From contig NC_045696.1 in assembly GCF_009834535.1 (NCBI RefSeq), forward strand, positions 106,394,001 through 106,458,000: a stretch of DNA of 64,000 bases, read 5' to 3'. Below the pieces are notes generated by a model. The model did no database searches. It saw only the letters and a program-made list of their open reading frames with translations, and was not told the origin of the DNA. The number at the start of each line of letters is the position of its first letter. Positions within the stretch are counted from its first letter, which is position 1. The stretch comes from Camelus ferus. Its lineage: Eukaryota. Positions 25,805 to 38,869 of this stretch are shown here, piece after piece. A program made the position numbers and the translations under genes.

Positions 25805-26165
25805 CGTCTAAGTCAGTTTGGGCTGCAAAAGCAGAGTACTACAGACTGAGTGGCTTACAAACAGTAAACAGTTACTGGTTACAATCCTGCAGGCTGGAAG
25901 TCCAAGATCAAGGTGACAACATGGTTGGATTTTAGTGAGGGTCTTCTTCAGTGGCAGGTGATACTCATCTTTTTGTATCATCATATGGTGGAGCAGGGCA
26001 AGGGAGTTCTCTGGGGTCCTTCATATAGCGGAACTAATTCCATACAGGAGGGCTCTACCCTCATGCCCTAATTACCTCCCAAAGGCCCCACTGCCTAATA
26101 TCATTTCTGGAGAGTAGGATTCCAAGATATGAATTTGAGGGGGACACAAACTTTCAGCCCACTGC
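25805..26165 (-). mobile_element. MaLR LTR (MLT1A/B-like)
   Basis: ggctggaagtccaagatcaaggtg … cctaattacctcccaaaggcccc … gggggacacaaactttcag. Confidence 0.85.
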
Positions 26166-27129
26166 AGGTCCCTAGTACTTACATCCTAATGACTTGCCAC
26201 ATCCCCCTGGGAGAGTCTCCTCTCCTCCCTAGGGTGTCTACTTTTCTCTATTCTATCCCAGTTGGCTTATAAAAGCAAATTACAAATTCAAACCAAAAAA
26301 TTACTGCCCCTTTTACAGTCACATAAAAATTACCTCCTTTTTCCAGGAGGTATGAGAATTAATATTTCTTCTACAAGTGCCCATCAGTCAAGATTTTCTA
26401 GAACTTTCTTTTTGGTAGTTTGCTTTTGGGAAAAATAGTTTGTATTTTTCTCCAAATATAATATTATAATGCTTTCTCAGACTACATCTACCTATGCCCT
26501 TTTATTCTGATATTTACTCCTTTGAGAATCACTGCTTTGACTATCTTTATAAAAAATACTCACAAGTCATGTCTCCTGCCCCAGCTTTATTTATTCCCAG
26601 TTACTTGCTCTGGATTCTTCGATCCAGTCTGACACCAGAGTCAGACTTTGAGGCTTGCTGCTACTCCCCATGGCTCCCTTCTGATTTCTGTCCTCAGACC
26701 CCCTGCTGGTTTTCAGCCTCCTGAGTGTCTCCACAAGTGAGGATTCCTAGGGCTAGCCCCCTCGGGGAGGAGCATGTCACACACATTGAATCTCATTTCC
26801 TCATCTGGAGAATGTATGACAGATTGTTCTCCAACTAACCACCTCCATCACTAGGGTTTGAAGGGTTTGACTAGAAAATGTTCAATGTTTCAAAAATGTA
26901 TGAATTGTTTGTTAATGGGACTAAATAGATCAACCTGAATGTCACATTTCTTTATGCTGGGCTGTGATTATATGAATTCACTGTGGCAATATTGACCATT
27001 TGATGTTTATAGCGAGTAAAATGTTTAATAAAATGTGGGGAATAAATTAGTAATGTATTAGTAATAAATACAGTTTGTTTAGTAGAAAAGAATATTTCAA
27101 AATTTGGTGGTGGTGGAAAAATGCATAGA

Positions 27130-27438
27130 CTAAAATGTATATGATAAAAAATAAGTACTAGGGCTGTAATGTACAACATGATGACTTCAGCTAATACTGC
27201 TGTGTGATATACAGGGAAGTTGTTAAGAGAGTAAATTCCATGAATTCTCATTACAAGAAGTTTTTCCCTTTTTTCTGTTTTTCTTTTTCTTTTTACTGTA
27301 TCTTTTGGAGAAGATGGATCTTAGCCAAACCTATTGTGCTTAGAATGTCACAATATATAGATCAAGTCACTGTGCAGTATACTTTAAACTTATACAGTGA
27401 TGTATGCCAATTATTTCTCAATGAAACTGGGGAAAAAC
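27130..27438 (+). mobile_element. L1 3'UTR tail fragment
   Basis: aataagtactagggctgtaatgtacaacatg … ccaattatttctcaatgaaactggggaaaaa. Confidence 0.75.
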
Positions 27439-27686
27439 CATGGTGGTGAGGGGCGTATTAGGCAAAGTAAAAAATGTAGTGAGTGTTAAGAAGTGTGTGA
27501 TTCCTGGGCTTCCAGATGACCTTGGATTCCTTCTGGCCTTTGATGAGTCTATGCCACCTGTTTACGTCATGATACATTTTGAAAATAGGCCGTGCTGGTG
27601 TTTTCCCTCATGTTAATTTTTTTCCCAAACCCCACACTCATTCTTAGAATTTCAAACAATAAGCTTTGAAAATGGTGTAAAAGTAG

Positions 27687-27740
27687 TGGGGAGGGCATAG
27701 CTCAGCAGTAGAGTGTGTTAGCATGCATGAGGTCCTGGGT
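27687..27740 (+). mobile_element. Truncated Vic-1-like SINE head
   Basis: ggggagggcatagctcagcagtagag…gcatgcatgaggtcctggg. Confidence 0.75.
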
Positions 27741-29556
27741 CCTGGAGTCATAATACATATTATTATGTCAGTTGTTTTTCAATTTAACAATATACATGTC
27801 TTGCTGAAGCATTGTGCTGTACACCAGAAACTGACACAACATTGTAAACTGACTATATTTCAATAAAAAAAGACAATATATATATCTTGGACACCTTTTT
27901 AAAATTAACATACCAAGATATATTCTTCATAAGTGCTGCAGAGGGTTTCATTGTAGGATAACATAATCAATGTAATCAATACCCAATTGGTGAACATTTA
28001 AGTTGATTCTAATTTTAATTGTACACATAATCCTATAATGAAAGTCCTGATTACCACATTTTGACAACTTTAAATTTTGATATGTGCTGCCTGATTGTTT
28101 TCAAAAAGGCTGTTTGAAATTGCCCATTTTCCCATCTTTCACCAGTGCCAAAAATATCTATTTAATTTTAGCTAATATGATTGCTTAAAAATGTGTCTAA
28201 TTGGTATATTACTTACGGTGAAGTTGAGTGTTTCGCATGTTTAATTGGCAATATATATTTTCTTATTCTGTTACTTGCTTAGTATCTTTTGTCCACTTTT
28301 CTATTAGTTTGTTTTTCTATTTCTTATTGATATGTAACCTCTTTTTGTATATCAAGGACATAAACATTTTATTATTTTGCAATTTTTTTCAGTCTATCCC
28401 AGGCTACCTGGCCTACGATTTGTTTCGAGACTCAGAGAATAGGTCCTGGTTAGACTGACTCTGTGTTTTCATTTTTTTCAAACGAGGAGAGCATTTTCCT
28501 GAGGAAAGAGGTTTTTTATAAGTGCAAAGATTTCCTTCAAAGGGATCTTCTTCAGGGAATGGGTTAGAGTGTAGGCTCTGCCTAGGGAAGAGGTCCCCCC
28601 TCAGTTCCAGTCAGTTCTTGGTATGCGAGAGTGCAGACTTTTTGTTGCCAGATTCTCGGATTTTTCAAGAAGAAGCCAGCAAACCAGATTTTTATGTAAA
28701 ATGCCCTTCTATATGCCTGCCTATCTGTACGTCAGTACTGTTAAAACCTGTCAATACACCTTTGGCCTAAAATCGCCTCGAGGACCATTAGTGCACTGGG
28801 AGTCCTGATCCCATCCATACACCTCAGATGACCTTCAGGAAAGTGGGATCTGGAATTGGAGTTGAACTCCAAGGTGTGATGCCAGCAATTGACAGCAGAG
28901 GGCACTCATACTGTGGGCTGCCTAGAGTCTAAAGTATACCTTCAATCAGCAGTCGTGTCCCCTTTGTAGGAAGGAGACCAGCTGTGACACTGTCTATGTT
29001 GGTAAGGGAGCGGGTGTCCGGCACTGGCCCGAGGAAGGGGTGATGGGCCACAGGGCAAAATGGAAATCACAGATACTGAAAAGCCAGCCTCTGTCCTGCT
29101 GTCCAACAGTTATGGTCCAGCTGCTCAGGGTGACAGGAATGTCCCTTGCACTAGCTATCTAGGGCCAGTCTCCTTTGGCCTGTACCTGTGTCATGGACTA
29201 TACACCTGTGCCCACTGGTGCCGTCAGATCTTGTGTGAGTTGTGGCAGAGGTGGTGCAGCAGAAGGTGACAGCTTTCTAATGCTGAGTGATCAAGCCCTC
29301 TATAAACTTTTGGTTCCCTTGGGTCCTAGAACAGAGCCTGGCACTTAGTAGGAACCCAGTAACTCTTGGCAGTATCGAATGTCAAACTGGGGCCCAGGAA
29401 AGGGAGGGTGTGCGGGTTCCACGCATGGGAGGCCTTGGGCTCCTGGAGCCTTTAGTTTTGGGCGTTACCGAGAAGGTGGATCTGGGTGCATGTCAAGCCC
29501 ACTTTCTCACCACAGCCCCTCAAGAGACAGCACCTCACTTACACTGAGGCTGGTAG

Positions 29557-29558
<2 letters not shown>

Positions 29559-29609
<51 letters not shown>
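29559..29609. repeat. (AC)25 microsatellite
   Basis: Perfect dinucleotide run. Confidence 0.97.
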
Positions 29610-29610
<1 letters not shown>

Positions 29611-30014
29611 CTACTTTTTGCACACTTTAGGGAAGCTAGTTGAGAAACAAATGCCCCCAGCCCCCACAGATTTCACACTTGACTGAACTTGGGAGGATGC
29701 ACCAGTGACTGCCAGGCCCCAGGCTGAGCCTAGAGATATTTTAACTAAGTTGGTTCTCATGATGACCCTCTAGGCAGAGTTAATTTTCCCCACATTGCAG
29801 AGAGGATAAGTGACTTCCCAGGGTCACACAGCCTGCGAATGTGGAATGTAAATATATCTTTGACTCCACATCTTTGCCTCTTCCCTCTCCTCCTGTAGGA
29901 AGTCCTGGAGGGAAAAAGGGAGCCTGCCCAGGAGAGCAGAGGAGGCACAAGACACCCCTATCCGAGCTAGTGGCTCACAGACAACCCTCCTTAAGCCTGG
30001 CCCTTGCTCATCCA

Positions 30015-30708
30015 CTTTTTTTTTTTTTTTTACATTTAAAAAATTGTGGTAAAATATATACCATAAAATTTACAGTTTTAACCATTTTCAAATGTACAAT
30101 TCAGTGACATTAAGTACATTCACGTTATTATTCAACCAGCACTACTATCCAGATCTAGAACTTTTTCATCATCCCATACTGAAACTTGGTACCCATTAGA
30201 CAATAAATTTTCACCTCTCCCCAACCCGGGCACCCACCATTCTATTTTCTGTCTCTATGAACTTGACTGTTCTAGGTACCTTGTATACGTTGAATCACAT
30301 AATATATGTTTTCTTGTGTCTGGCTTATTTCACTTAGCATAATGTTTTCAAGGTTCACTCCTGTTGTAGCATGTACCAGAATTCCTTTTTAAGGGCAAAA
30401 ATATATGTATATATAAAACATAAAACATTTTGTTTATCCATCCATCTCTGGACTTTTAGGTTGCTTTTACCTTTTAGCTATTGTGAATAATATTGTCATG
30501 AACATGGGTGTGCAAATATCTGTGTGAGTCTCTGCTTTCAATTCTTTTGTGTATATACCCAGAAGTGGGATTGTTGGGTCATAAGGTAATTCTATGTTTA
30601 ATTTTTTTGAGGAACCACCATTCTCTTTCCCACAGTGACTGTACCATTTACATTTTCACAGCAGTGCATAGGAGTACCAATTTCTCCATATCCTTGCCAG
30701 CACTTTAC
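30015..30708 (-). mobile_element. L1 (L1MB-like) 3' end, antisense
   Basis: Poly-T then ttgtggtaaaatatata…ctggcttatttcacttagcataatgttttcaagg. Confidence 0.85.
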
Positions 30709-31022
30709 TGGGGCAATTTTGCTTTGGCTGCCCCATGACAGGAAGGCTTAAAAAAAAAAAAAAAAAGAATTCCCAGAAATCTGATTCTCAGTAAAGCAAT
30801 AAATGGCTATAGGAAGGGGTGAGAGACTGTTTTTGAGAGACTTATTTGGTCCTGGGTTCCCCAGCTGGATCCGCAGGGCTAGCCAGAAGCTTAGGGGTTC
30901 GGGGGAAGGCAGTTGCCATCTGACCAGACCTGGGACTCATTCATAGGACTAGCTTGGGTCCGGATAAGAAACCAAGAAAGTCTCCTGAATTTAGAAAGGG
31001 TGGTCAGGGCTATCTGCCCGGG

Positions 31023-31094
31023 GTGTGTGTGTGTGTGTGTGGGGTGGGGGGGGTTGTGTGTGTGTGGGGTGTGTGTGTGTGTGTGTGTGTGTGT
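31023..31094. repeat. Interrupted (GT)n with G-runs
   Basis: Direct inspection. Confidence 0.95.
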
Positions 31095-31229
31095 AGACGT
31101 GAGGACGTCCCCGCCTCTCAGCAAGGCCTGGGAGCCACTCACAGGATCCTGGATTTTCCTGAAGGATTAAACGTGGCATTCCCTCCTTCCCCCTTCTGTA
31201 ACAGACCTAAAAATAGCTCGTCCCAGGGG

Positions 31230-31800
31230 GCTGGAGAGAGGCCCCGCCCCTCCTGGGCTGCGGCAGAGCGGCTGTCTCGCGAGCGGGAGGCATTCGAGGC
31301 CTGAGGCTTCTGCCTGCTGTGCCCTCGGCCCCCCGAGCGCCCGGGCTGCCCGGGGCTGGGGAAGCATCTCCGGCGCGGCGGCGACGATTCCGGGAACCGC
31401 TTGGCACCGCGGCGGGGGAGCGAGCCGGGAGGCGGGGCCGGGGCGGAGGAGCGGAGCCGCCAGCGCGGGACCTCTGCTCGCCCTCCCGGCTCCGGGGACC
31501 CCCAGGTGAGCCGGGCCGCGCGGAAAAACTATGCCAGGAATTCGGCCCGGGAGGGGCGAGGGTGGCGAGCGGCGTGCAGTCCGAGCTACCGGAGCCAGGG
31601 GCTGCGGGAAGTTAAACTGTCTCGGCTCGGACGCCCTGCGGGGTCCAGCGCGGGAGCTGCGCCTCCGCTCGGCCTCGGGACTCGCCTCCGACGGCGGCCG
31701 GCGGCCCCCCGCCCCGGCCCCTTCGGCCTGCTCGGGACCGAGGTACGCGGAGGGGAGCTGGAATGACTGAACCCGCAGGGCTGGTCTTCGCCGGAAGGAT
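31230..31800 (+). promoter_or_regulatory. DZIP1L: CpG island promoter and non-coding first exon(s) of DZIP1L
   Basis: Very high GC and CpG density. GC box gccccgcccc at 31241. Donor sites CAG|GTGAGC at 31505 and GAG|GTACGC at 31742. Confidence 0.85.
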
Positions 31801-33569
31801 GGCCTTGGATTTTTACTGTTTGGAAAAAAAAGATTTCGGGGTGGGGTGGGGGGGGGGCTTGCCGCTTTGCGTTCTGTAGGTAAAGGGGATCTTTAAGTTA
31901 TGAGATGATTTCAAAACAAATATTAGCATCTCTCATTCCACCGCCTTGCATTTCTAGGCTGGAATTTAGCAGGAGTTAGCAACTATATTTTTGTTTTGAA
32001 GTGGCTGCAGATAAAAGTCCAGACAAGACTTGCTTAGTACAGGACAAGGGTCCAGAAGGCGGGTCAGAAGAGGGGTCTGTGGGGCCGGGGTGGGGGCTGC
32101 CGTTCACCCAGCACTCCCTAGGGCCCAGAGCCCACCTGCCCCCTGCAGCAGTCTCTTGCAATGTGGTTTCTAACAGGGCTTTAAAGAGAGGCCTGGTGAG
32201 TGTGAGGTGCTCCACTGCGGCCTCCCACGCTCCCATCTGCAGGCAGATAGAGTGGGTGGTCTCTCTCTTTTGTCACAGTCACCTCCACCTGGGGCTGAGG
32301 ACTGGCCAGTGAGAACAACCTTACCTGGAGAAGGCTGGTTCTCCAGTCATGTGGCTGATAAGTGGTGTCCGTCTGTCTCTGTCAGCGCTAAAGCTCTGGA
32401 GACCTCTCTCTCACATGAAAATCTTTTTGGATACCATCCAGCTTGATGAAATGGTTGCATGAAGTTCTATGCTTCACGTCGGGAACAGAAACCTGAATTC
32501 ATTTGTGCAGCCTAACTGGATTCTGCCAGGCAGCTGAAATCAGGTGAAAAGGCTTGTTGCTCAGCTGAAACCAACAGGAGTGGAGACGGGGACAACTTGG
32601 TGGGCTGCTCTGAACCTCCTTGTGGGCCCCTTGCAGGAAGGGCTGGTCCTTCCTGATCAGAAGGGTTGATCACTTACAACGCCCCCTATCACTAGGCTTG
32701 TACCTCTAGGAAGTATTTGTGAGGTCTTATAGCCCAGGCACTGAGGATGGAGAAACTCTACCAAGAAGCAGTGACTTCTCCATGGGAACAAAAACACCAG
32801 TATGTTCTAAGCTGCTCTTTTAGATGTGAAAGGTAGTGTTGGTTTTGGACAATTCTGCACCTGGGAAGATAGCTCTTAGCAGTATGTAGTCTTCTCTAAA
32901 ATACTTGTAAGAGATGCCAGTCAAATCCCTACCTCTGATTTTTATTTTAAAGAACATTCTTTTGTGGCAAAAAGTTAAAATTGGCTTTCGGCCAAACCAA
33001 GGACACTGTCTTTTAAAAATATCCCCTTAAAAATTCTGGTGAACGGGAGACCTGCTGGAAGGGAGAGCTGTGTGCCTGATGGAGTAGACCTCCATCCACC
33101 CCCCGCTAGAGTGGAAAGGGGGACTCCTTTCTTTAGGAAACAGCAGAGTCAGAGAACAAGGCAGGATCAGGTTTATAATGGTGGTGCTCCAGGACTGCTC
33201 CTGGGTCATGCTCCTTGGGGTCTGTGGTGCTCCCTTGTGTACAGTGTGTGCATAGCCTTAAGGAAACGTTGTGAGGGTTTCCTTGGCAACTGTAGCAATT
33301 AGCACTAATGACACGCCTGATCTCCTGGGCAACACCCTTGGAATCAGCTTGGAGGCAGGGCAGGCTGGTAAATAATTGCCCAGCCGTTGCCTTGGATGCT
33401 TGGCTCCTCCAAGTGCCTTTCTTGGCTTGGCTGCATTCTTGAGGAAGTGGAAGAGAAGTAAAGTGATCACCCCTGTCTGCCAGTAGAACCCCAGTTCTCA
33501 GAAGACCTAGGGCTCTGGTATCAAAGGGTGAACAGAACTGCGGGAATCTGAAGATGATGATAATGACAG

Positions 33570-33800
33570 CAGACATTCATTAAGAACCTATGTGCCGGGC
33601 ACTGTGCCCGCATTTAATAGCACTACTTCTAGCCATCATACAGCCTCGTATGTAGTCATGATTTGCCTCATCTGATAGATGTAGAAACTGAGGCTCAGAG
33701 AAGCTAAGGGACTGGCCCCAAGTCTCTCAGCTACTAAGTAATGAAGCCAAGGATCCAAATCAAGTTCTGACTCCAAAGCTTTTGAATTATTCCAAACTGC
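33570..33800. mobile_element. MIR SINE
   Basis: atagatgtagaaactgaggctcagagaagctaagggactggcccc matches the MIR core. Confidence 0.8.
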
Positions 33801-36800
33801 CTCGCAGTGATGGTACACAAATCATTTCCCCTCATGTAAATTACAGTACCTGAGATTTCTTCACCGAACTGTGAAGACTGAAAGAGCTCACAGCAAATCA
33901 CAACAGGGTCAGTGCTACAGACCCTAAATTCTCCCTGCATCTCAGCAGAGCTTAGCCAAACACGACTCAGCTCCACAGCCTGAATCCTGGTTGGGATGGG
34001 TGGAAGACAAAGCCAAATGAGAGCATTGCTGGTTACCTGGAAACCACACACCCCAGAGAGCAGGAACATTATGCTTTCTCCAGACTGAATTATCAGCGGA
34101 CTGCTTTTCTCACACCTGGGAATACAAACACAAGGTAAAAATGACTCGTCATCATTAGGAAATCTGAAACCATTAACCATGTTTAAATGTTTTGATAGGG
34201 CCCCAGGAAACTTCCCAATCCTAGACCACTGTCATGAATTAGTGGGACCCACGAAGATTGATATCTGTACTAGCATTCCAAACTCACCTGTTGTGGGAGA
34301 GATGGTTTCCACCTGGGGCAATCCCACAGCCAAGAAAGCAAGCCCATTCACCACCTAGTTATGCACACTTCCAGTTAATGGGGTGTTCACTATCTCACAA
34401 GGCAGTCACCCCACAGTGAAACAACTCCTGGAGACTTTAAGTTTCTTCTGAAACCTGTCCACCTATAATCTGTCAAAGAGAATTCCTCAAAGACAACCAA
34501 ACAGCTAACTTTTTTAAAACAAAATTCGGACTAATTTCTTTAACACAAATTGACAGCTAGACTACACCACTGCCACTTTACTGTCTCTTCCGCTTCCTCA
34601 AGACTGCAGCCAAGCCAAGATAGGCACTCGGAGGAGCCAAGCATCCAAAGCAACTCAGAGGTGGCTGCCTGCTGTAAACAGGCATAGACCCCCGTTTTGC
34701 CATACTTCTTAACACTCCCCCATCCCCACACTACCCCCTGCAGTGATGCTGAATCAATTAGTCTGCATCTCTAATAAGTTTCCAGTTTTCAGCGACCACA
34801 CTTCGAGCACCACTGGCTAGTTGTATCTGGGACACTGAGGGGGAATCAGCTGCCATTTGTTGACAGGCTTGTACTGTGGGTTCTCTTTTACCTGGCATGT
34901 TTCCAACACCAAATGCTACCTTCCTGGCCCTGGTGGAATTTAGATTTACAATTTCCGGTATAACCAGTAGTGGAAAGCTGGGTCTAAAAGTCCCAAGAGA
35001 CAGATGGGCCTGTGAGAAAGAGACTGGGACTGGCGGAGGCTCAGCCTATGGCAGCTGAAGCTGTGGCTGTGTGTGAGCTCACCCCCCGGGAGAGTGTGCA
35101 GGGGCGATGGGTGGCCGGTGAACAGCAGACTGTCAGGGGCACCGGCATACCTTGCCTTCAAGGAAGGAGAAAGGATAGTAAGTATTCAAGGAAGAGGCTG
35201 GAAGGGGCGTTAAGAGAGGTGGGAGGAGGGAGTGGCTGATGGAACACTCTTGGCCTTGTTACTAGAGAGAGGACTGCAGGCAAACATCTGAGGCCAAAGC
35301 CTAAATAGTTAAACAGAGAGTTCTCAGGTGAGCTCCAGGTCTGTGGAAGGAAAGGAGGCAGGTGTCCTGTTACCCTTGCCCACAGCGTGCCTGGTGACCT
35401 GCTGTTGCTCCGAGGCAAGGCTCGTTGTGGCAATTGTCTCTGAGGCTCTGGTGACATGGTGGCAGCTTGTAGCTGAGCAAGGTGAGTGTCATGTCACTTG
35501 CCTTCTTTTTTTTTTAAAATAACGTGATATGTTACTTGAAATGTGCTGGCCTTCTCATGGCCGTGCTGGGGCTGCTGGGGGCTGGCTGGTTTTGTTTTTG
35601 GGGTGTGTGTTGGGGAGGAGTATCTGAGAAAGGGAAGCGTGGGAGCTAAAATGGAAAAGGTGGGTCGGCAACATTCTGCGACAGCTTCAAGACCAGGCTA
35701 ACGGGTTTGGAATCGGTACTGTGGCAACAAGGAGCTATGCTAAGCTCCGGCAAGGCAGGGGTGGGGCAGGTGTGTGGTTAATACATCTTGGGAGCCCCAG
35801 TGCCTGGCACCGGGCCTGGCCAAGGTAGACATGCCATAAAGGAGGGGGCTGGATGAGTGAATGAATGAGTCTGATGGATAAGGGGTGATGATCTGATCAA
35901 AGCAAAGTTTTGGGACAAATAGTCTCAAGAACCAATGTTGGGTGGTTCAGAGACCATCAGCTTTGGAGTCAGGGGCACCTCCCCTTGTACGTCAGCTCTG
36001 GCCTCCCTACCCGGGAGGACGCTTTACCTTTCCAGACATCAGTTTCCTTGTTGGTAAAGTGGGAATAATGATGCTTGTTTGCAGATTTGCCTTTAGAGTG
36101 TGTATCTGGCACTGAGGCTGGCGCTCCCTGCCCTATGGCCAGTGTTCCTACAGAGTACCGGTACCGTGCGCCCCCCTAGTTCTCACAGCGCCGTGAGGGG
36201 AGGCGCTAACCCTGTACCTTCTAGTGCTGCCTTTCCCAGATGCTGACAGGCTCAGGGAGGTCTGGGGCCTTTCCCGGAGGCTCTTCCCCTCTTTGCAAAC
36301 CCACCCCCACCGTTTCTTCAAGGCCTTTCTCCTTGAGGTCAATGACCTTTCTCTTCTCTGACTTTCTACTGTACCTTAAAAGTGTGAGTCACATGATCTA
36401 GAAAGAACTTGGCTAAATAGGGTTCCATATAATTCTGGTTTGTCAGATTCTAAGTTCCTTAAAGGTAGAAATTATATTTTTTTCTTTAAAAAATTATGAA
36501 AGTAATAGATGATGATGCAAAGAAATTTTGAATAGTATAGAGAGGTGGTGAGTGGGTAATAACTTCCTAGATGTAACCATTGCTAATAGCTTGTTTATTT
36601 TTCTAGAAATAGTCTATGCTTATGAAATAATATAGAAAATGAATCATATATAGGAATACTAAATTAGCATATTTAATTTAATTATGTTATTTATGAATAA
36701 CAAATATTAATCATTTATAGATGTGTATATATGTGTATATATTTTATATGTATTATCATTGGTCTGTGTAAGCCTGTCTGTCTATCTAGTCATCCATCAC

Positions 36801-38177
36801 CTACCCTTGCGCCATCTATCTATTTTATTTATTTATTTTATTCGTTTATTTATCCCCATTTCACATTCCCATTTCCCTTCTACCTCATAGGCAACTATTC
36901 TAATGTGAGAAATATATATATTTTATATATGTATATATCTACACACACATATATGTGAGAGATATATGCCTTATTTGTTTTTGCAAACTATTATTAAATG
37001 TGATTATGTAAATACATCATTTAAACAGAAATGGATATATATGTGTATGTATAGTCATTATTCCATATCAGTACATAAAAAACTGCCTTATTCTTATCAA
37101 TAGCTGCATAGAATTTCATTGTGTAAAGATACCATTTTTACCCCTTATTGTACTTTGCTTTCTTATACTTTCCTTGTACTTTGCTATTACAGATACTACT
37201 ACAATTACAATTTTTTCACAAGCACCTTTGCACACTTGTATGAGTTTCTCTGTAGAATAAATGAGAATTCTTAGTAGTGAAATATTCATTTTAAATTCTG
37301 ATTGCTATTGTCAGGCTACTCTCCAAAGAGAACAATTTCTTTGTCTACCAAGAGAGCGGCAAGTAGAATCTGAGTCTTTTGACAGCAAACCGGAGCTGTT
37401 TTCTAAACCACGAGGTCTGGCAAAAAAAGACCATCGCGCACTGAGCACCGTCTGTTTGCAGAGACACAGCTGCTCCCTTGAGCGCCACCTCCTGGCAGGG
37501 GCGGACATCACTCACTCACATCCCATTGGAAAGAATGTCCTCACATGGATCACACTGTACAGCTGGGGAAGCCGGACAGCAGCCCGCCCCTGTTCCACTA
37601 AATCTTGCAGTTACAGAAGGAGAGGGTGGGGTGTGGTGGACATTAGGTGGCTCTGCCTCCCATGGCGAGTTATTGGGCTTTATCTTGAGATCAAGGTGGG
37701 GTTGCAGAAGGACCTGCTTATACATCTGACAGCTCCCTCCTGACCAAGACCTCTGGCAGCACTCTTGCAGTGGACTTGGGTATGGCTGGGGGTTCACTGA
37801 GGACCTACTAGGTGCCAGGCACTAGGCTGGGTTTTTCACCTGCCTCATTCCTAACCACAGGCCTGCAGAGGAGGCCCTGTGATCCCCAGTACACATGGAG
37901 GCTTAAAGATGTGAAGGAACTCGCCCAAGGCTGAGGATATGAATCCACATCTGTGTGGTTGTAAAGCCCACACCTTTGCTTTCCAAGCTCTGGCCATGTC
38001 AGCGCACACCACGCACACTGCAGGCTCTTGCTGGCCAGCGGACAGCACACAGCCACGTGCCCCAGGCCTAACTTGGGCTCTCTTCTCCTTTTCCAGGCCC
38101 TCCCTTAGCTCCTGTGCCTGCTGCTGTGGCCTTGGTGACACCCTCCCCAGGTGGTGAGCCTGGAGATTCCTCCACCC

Positions 38178-38678
38178 ATGCAGTCCCCTGCCACCACTGC
38201 TGCGGTCCTCAGTGGCCCCCTCTTAGGGGCCCACCCTCTCCCAGCCTTTAAGTTCCAGCCTCGCTGTCAGAGCATGGACTGGATGCGCATCAGTGCCCTA
38301 GACGTGGACCGCGTGGCGCGGGAGATGGATGTGGCCGCCCTGCAGGAGAACATCACAAGCATCACCTTCTGCAACCTGGACAAGGAGGTGTGCCACCGCT
38401 GCAGGCAGCCTGTGGACCCTGCGCTGCTCAAGGTGCTGCGGCTGGCGCAGCTCAGCATCGAGTACCTGCTGCACTGCCAGGACTCCCTGAGCGCCAGCGT
38501 GGCTGAGCTGGAGGCGCAGCTGCTGGCCAGCCTGGGCCAGCAGGAGCGGAGCCAGCAGGAGCTGGCCCGCCAGGCTGATGAGCTCAAGGGTGTGCGACAG
38601 GAGAGCCACCGGCGTCGCAAGATGATCATCACCCTGCAGCAGCTGCTCCTGCAGATGGACGCCTACAGCTGCCACATG
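38178..38678 (+). CDS. DZIP1L: DZIP1L first coding exon (167 aa; Dzip-like N-terminal domain)
   Basis: Acceptor ttccag| at 38096, ATG at 38178. FKFQPR…DW.RIS.LDVDRVARE.DV..LQENI…LRLAQL.IEYLLH. Donor ATG|GTGAGG. Confidence 0.95.
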
Positions 38679-38869
38679 GTGAGGGGATGCTGTGGGGCAG
38701 GGACACGGGGAGGGCAGTGCACCCCACCACTGGCCACCTGGGGAGCACCACTGCCTGGGCTCCGAGGCCGCTGTGACCATTCTCACTGGGGTTGGGAGCA
38801 AGTTTTAGAGATGCTGCTTGAGGCCAGAGAGCCCGAGGATGTCTCATTGGGTCTACAGTGTGTTTAGAT

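Noticed and set aside
30891..31770. Many ORFs over the (GT)n tract and CpG island
   Set aside because: Expected from stop-codon depletion in GC-rich and dinucleotide sequence; low-complexity products.
37261..37743. 160-aa ORF in DZIP1L intron 1
   Set aside because: Spans decayed L1 and MaLR-like repeat sequence; no recognisable protein features.
38267..38847. Antisense ORFs of 72-167 aa over the first DZIP1L coding exon
   Set aside because: Shadow frames of a GC-rich coding exon.
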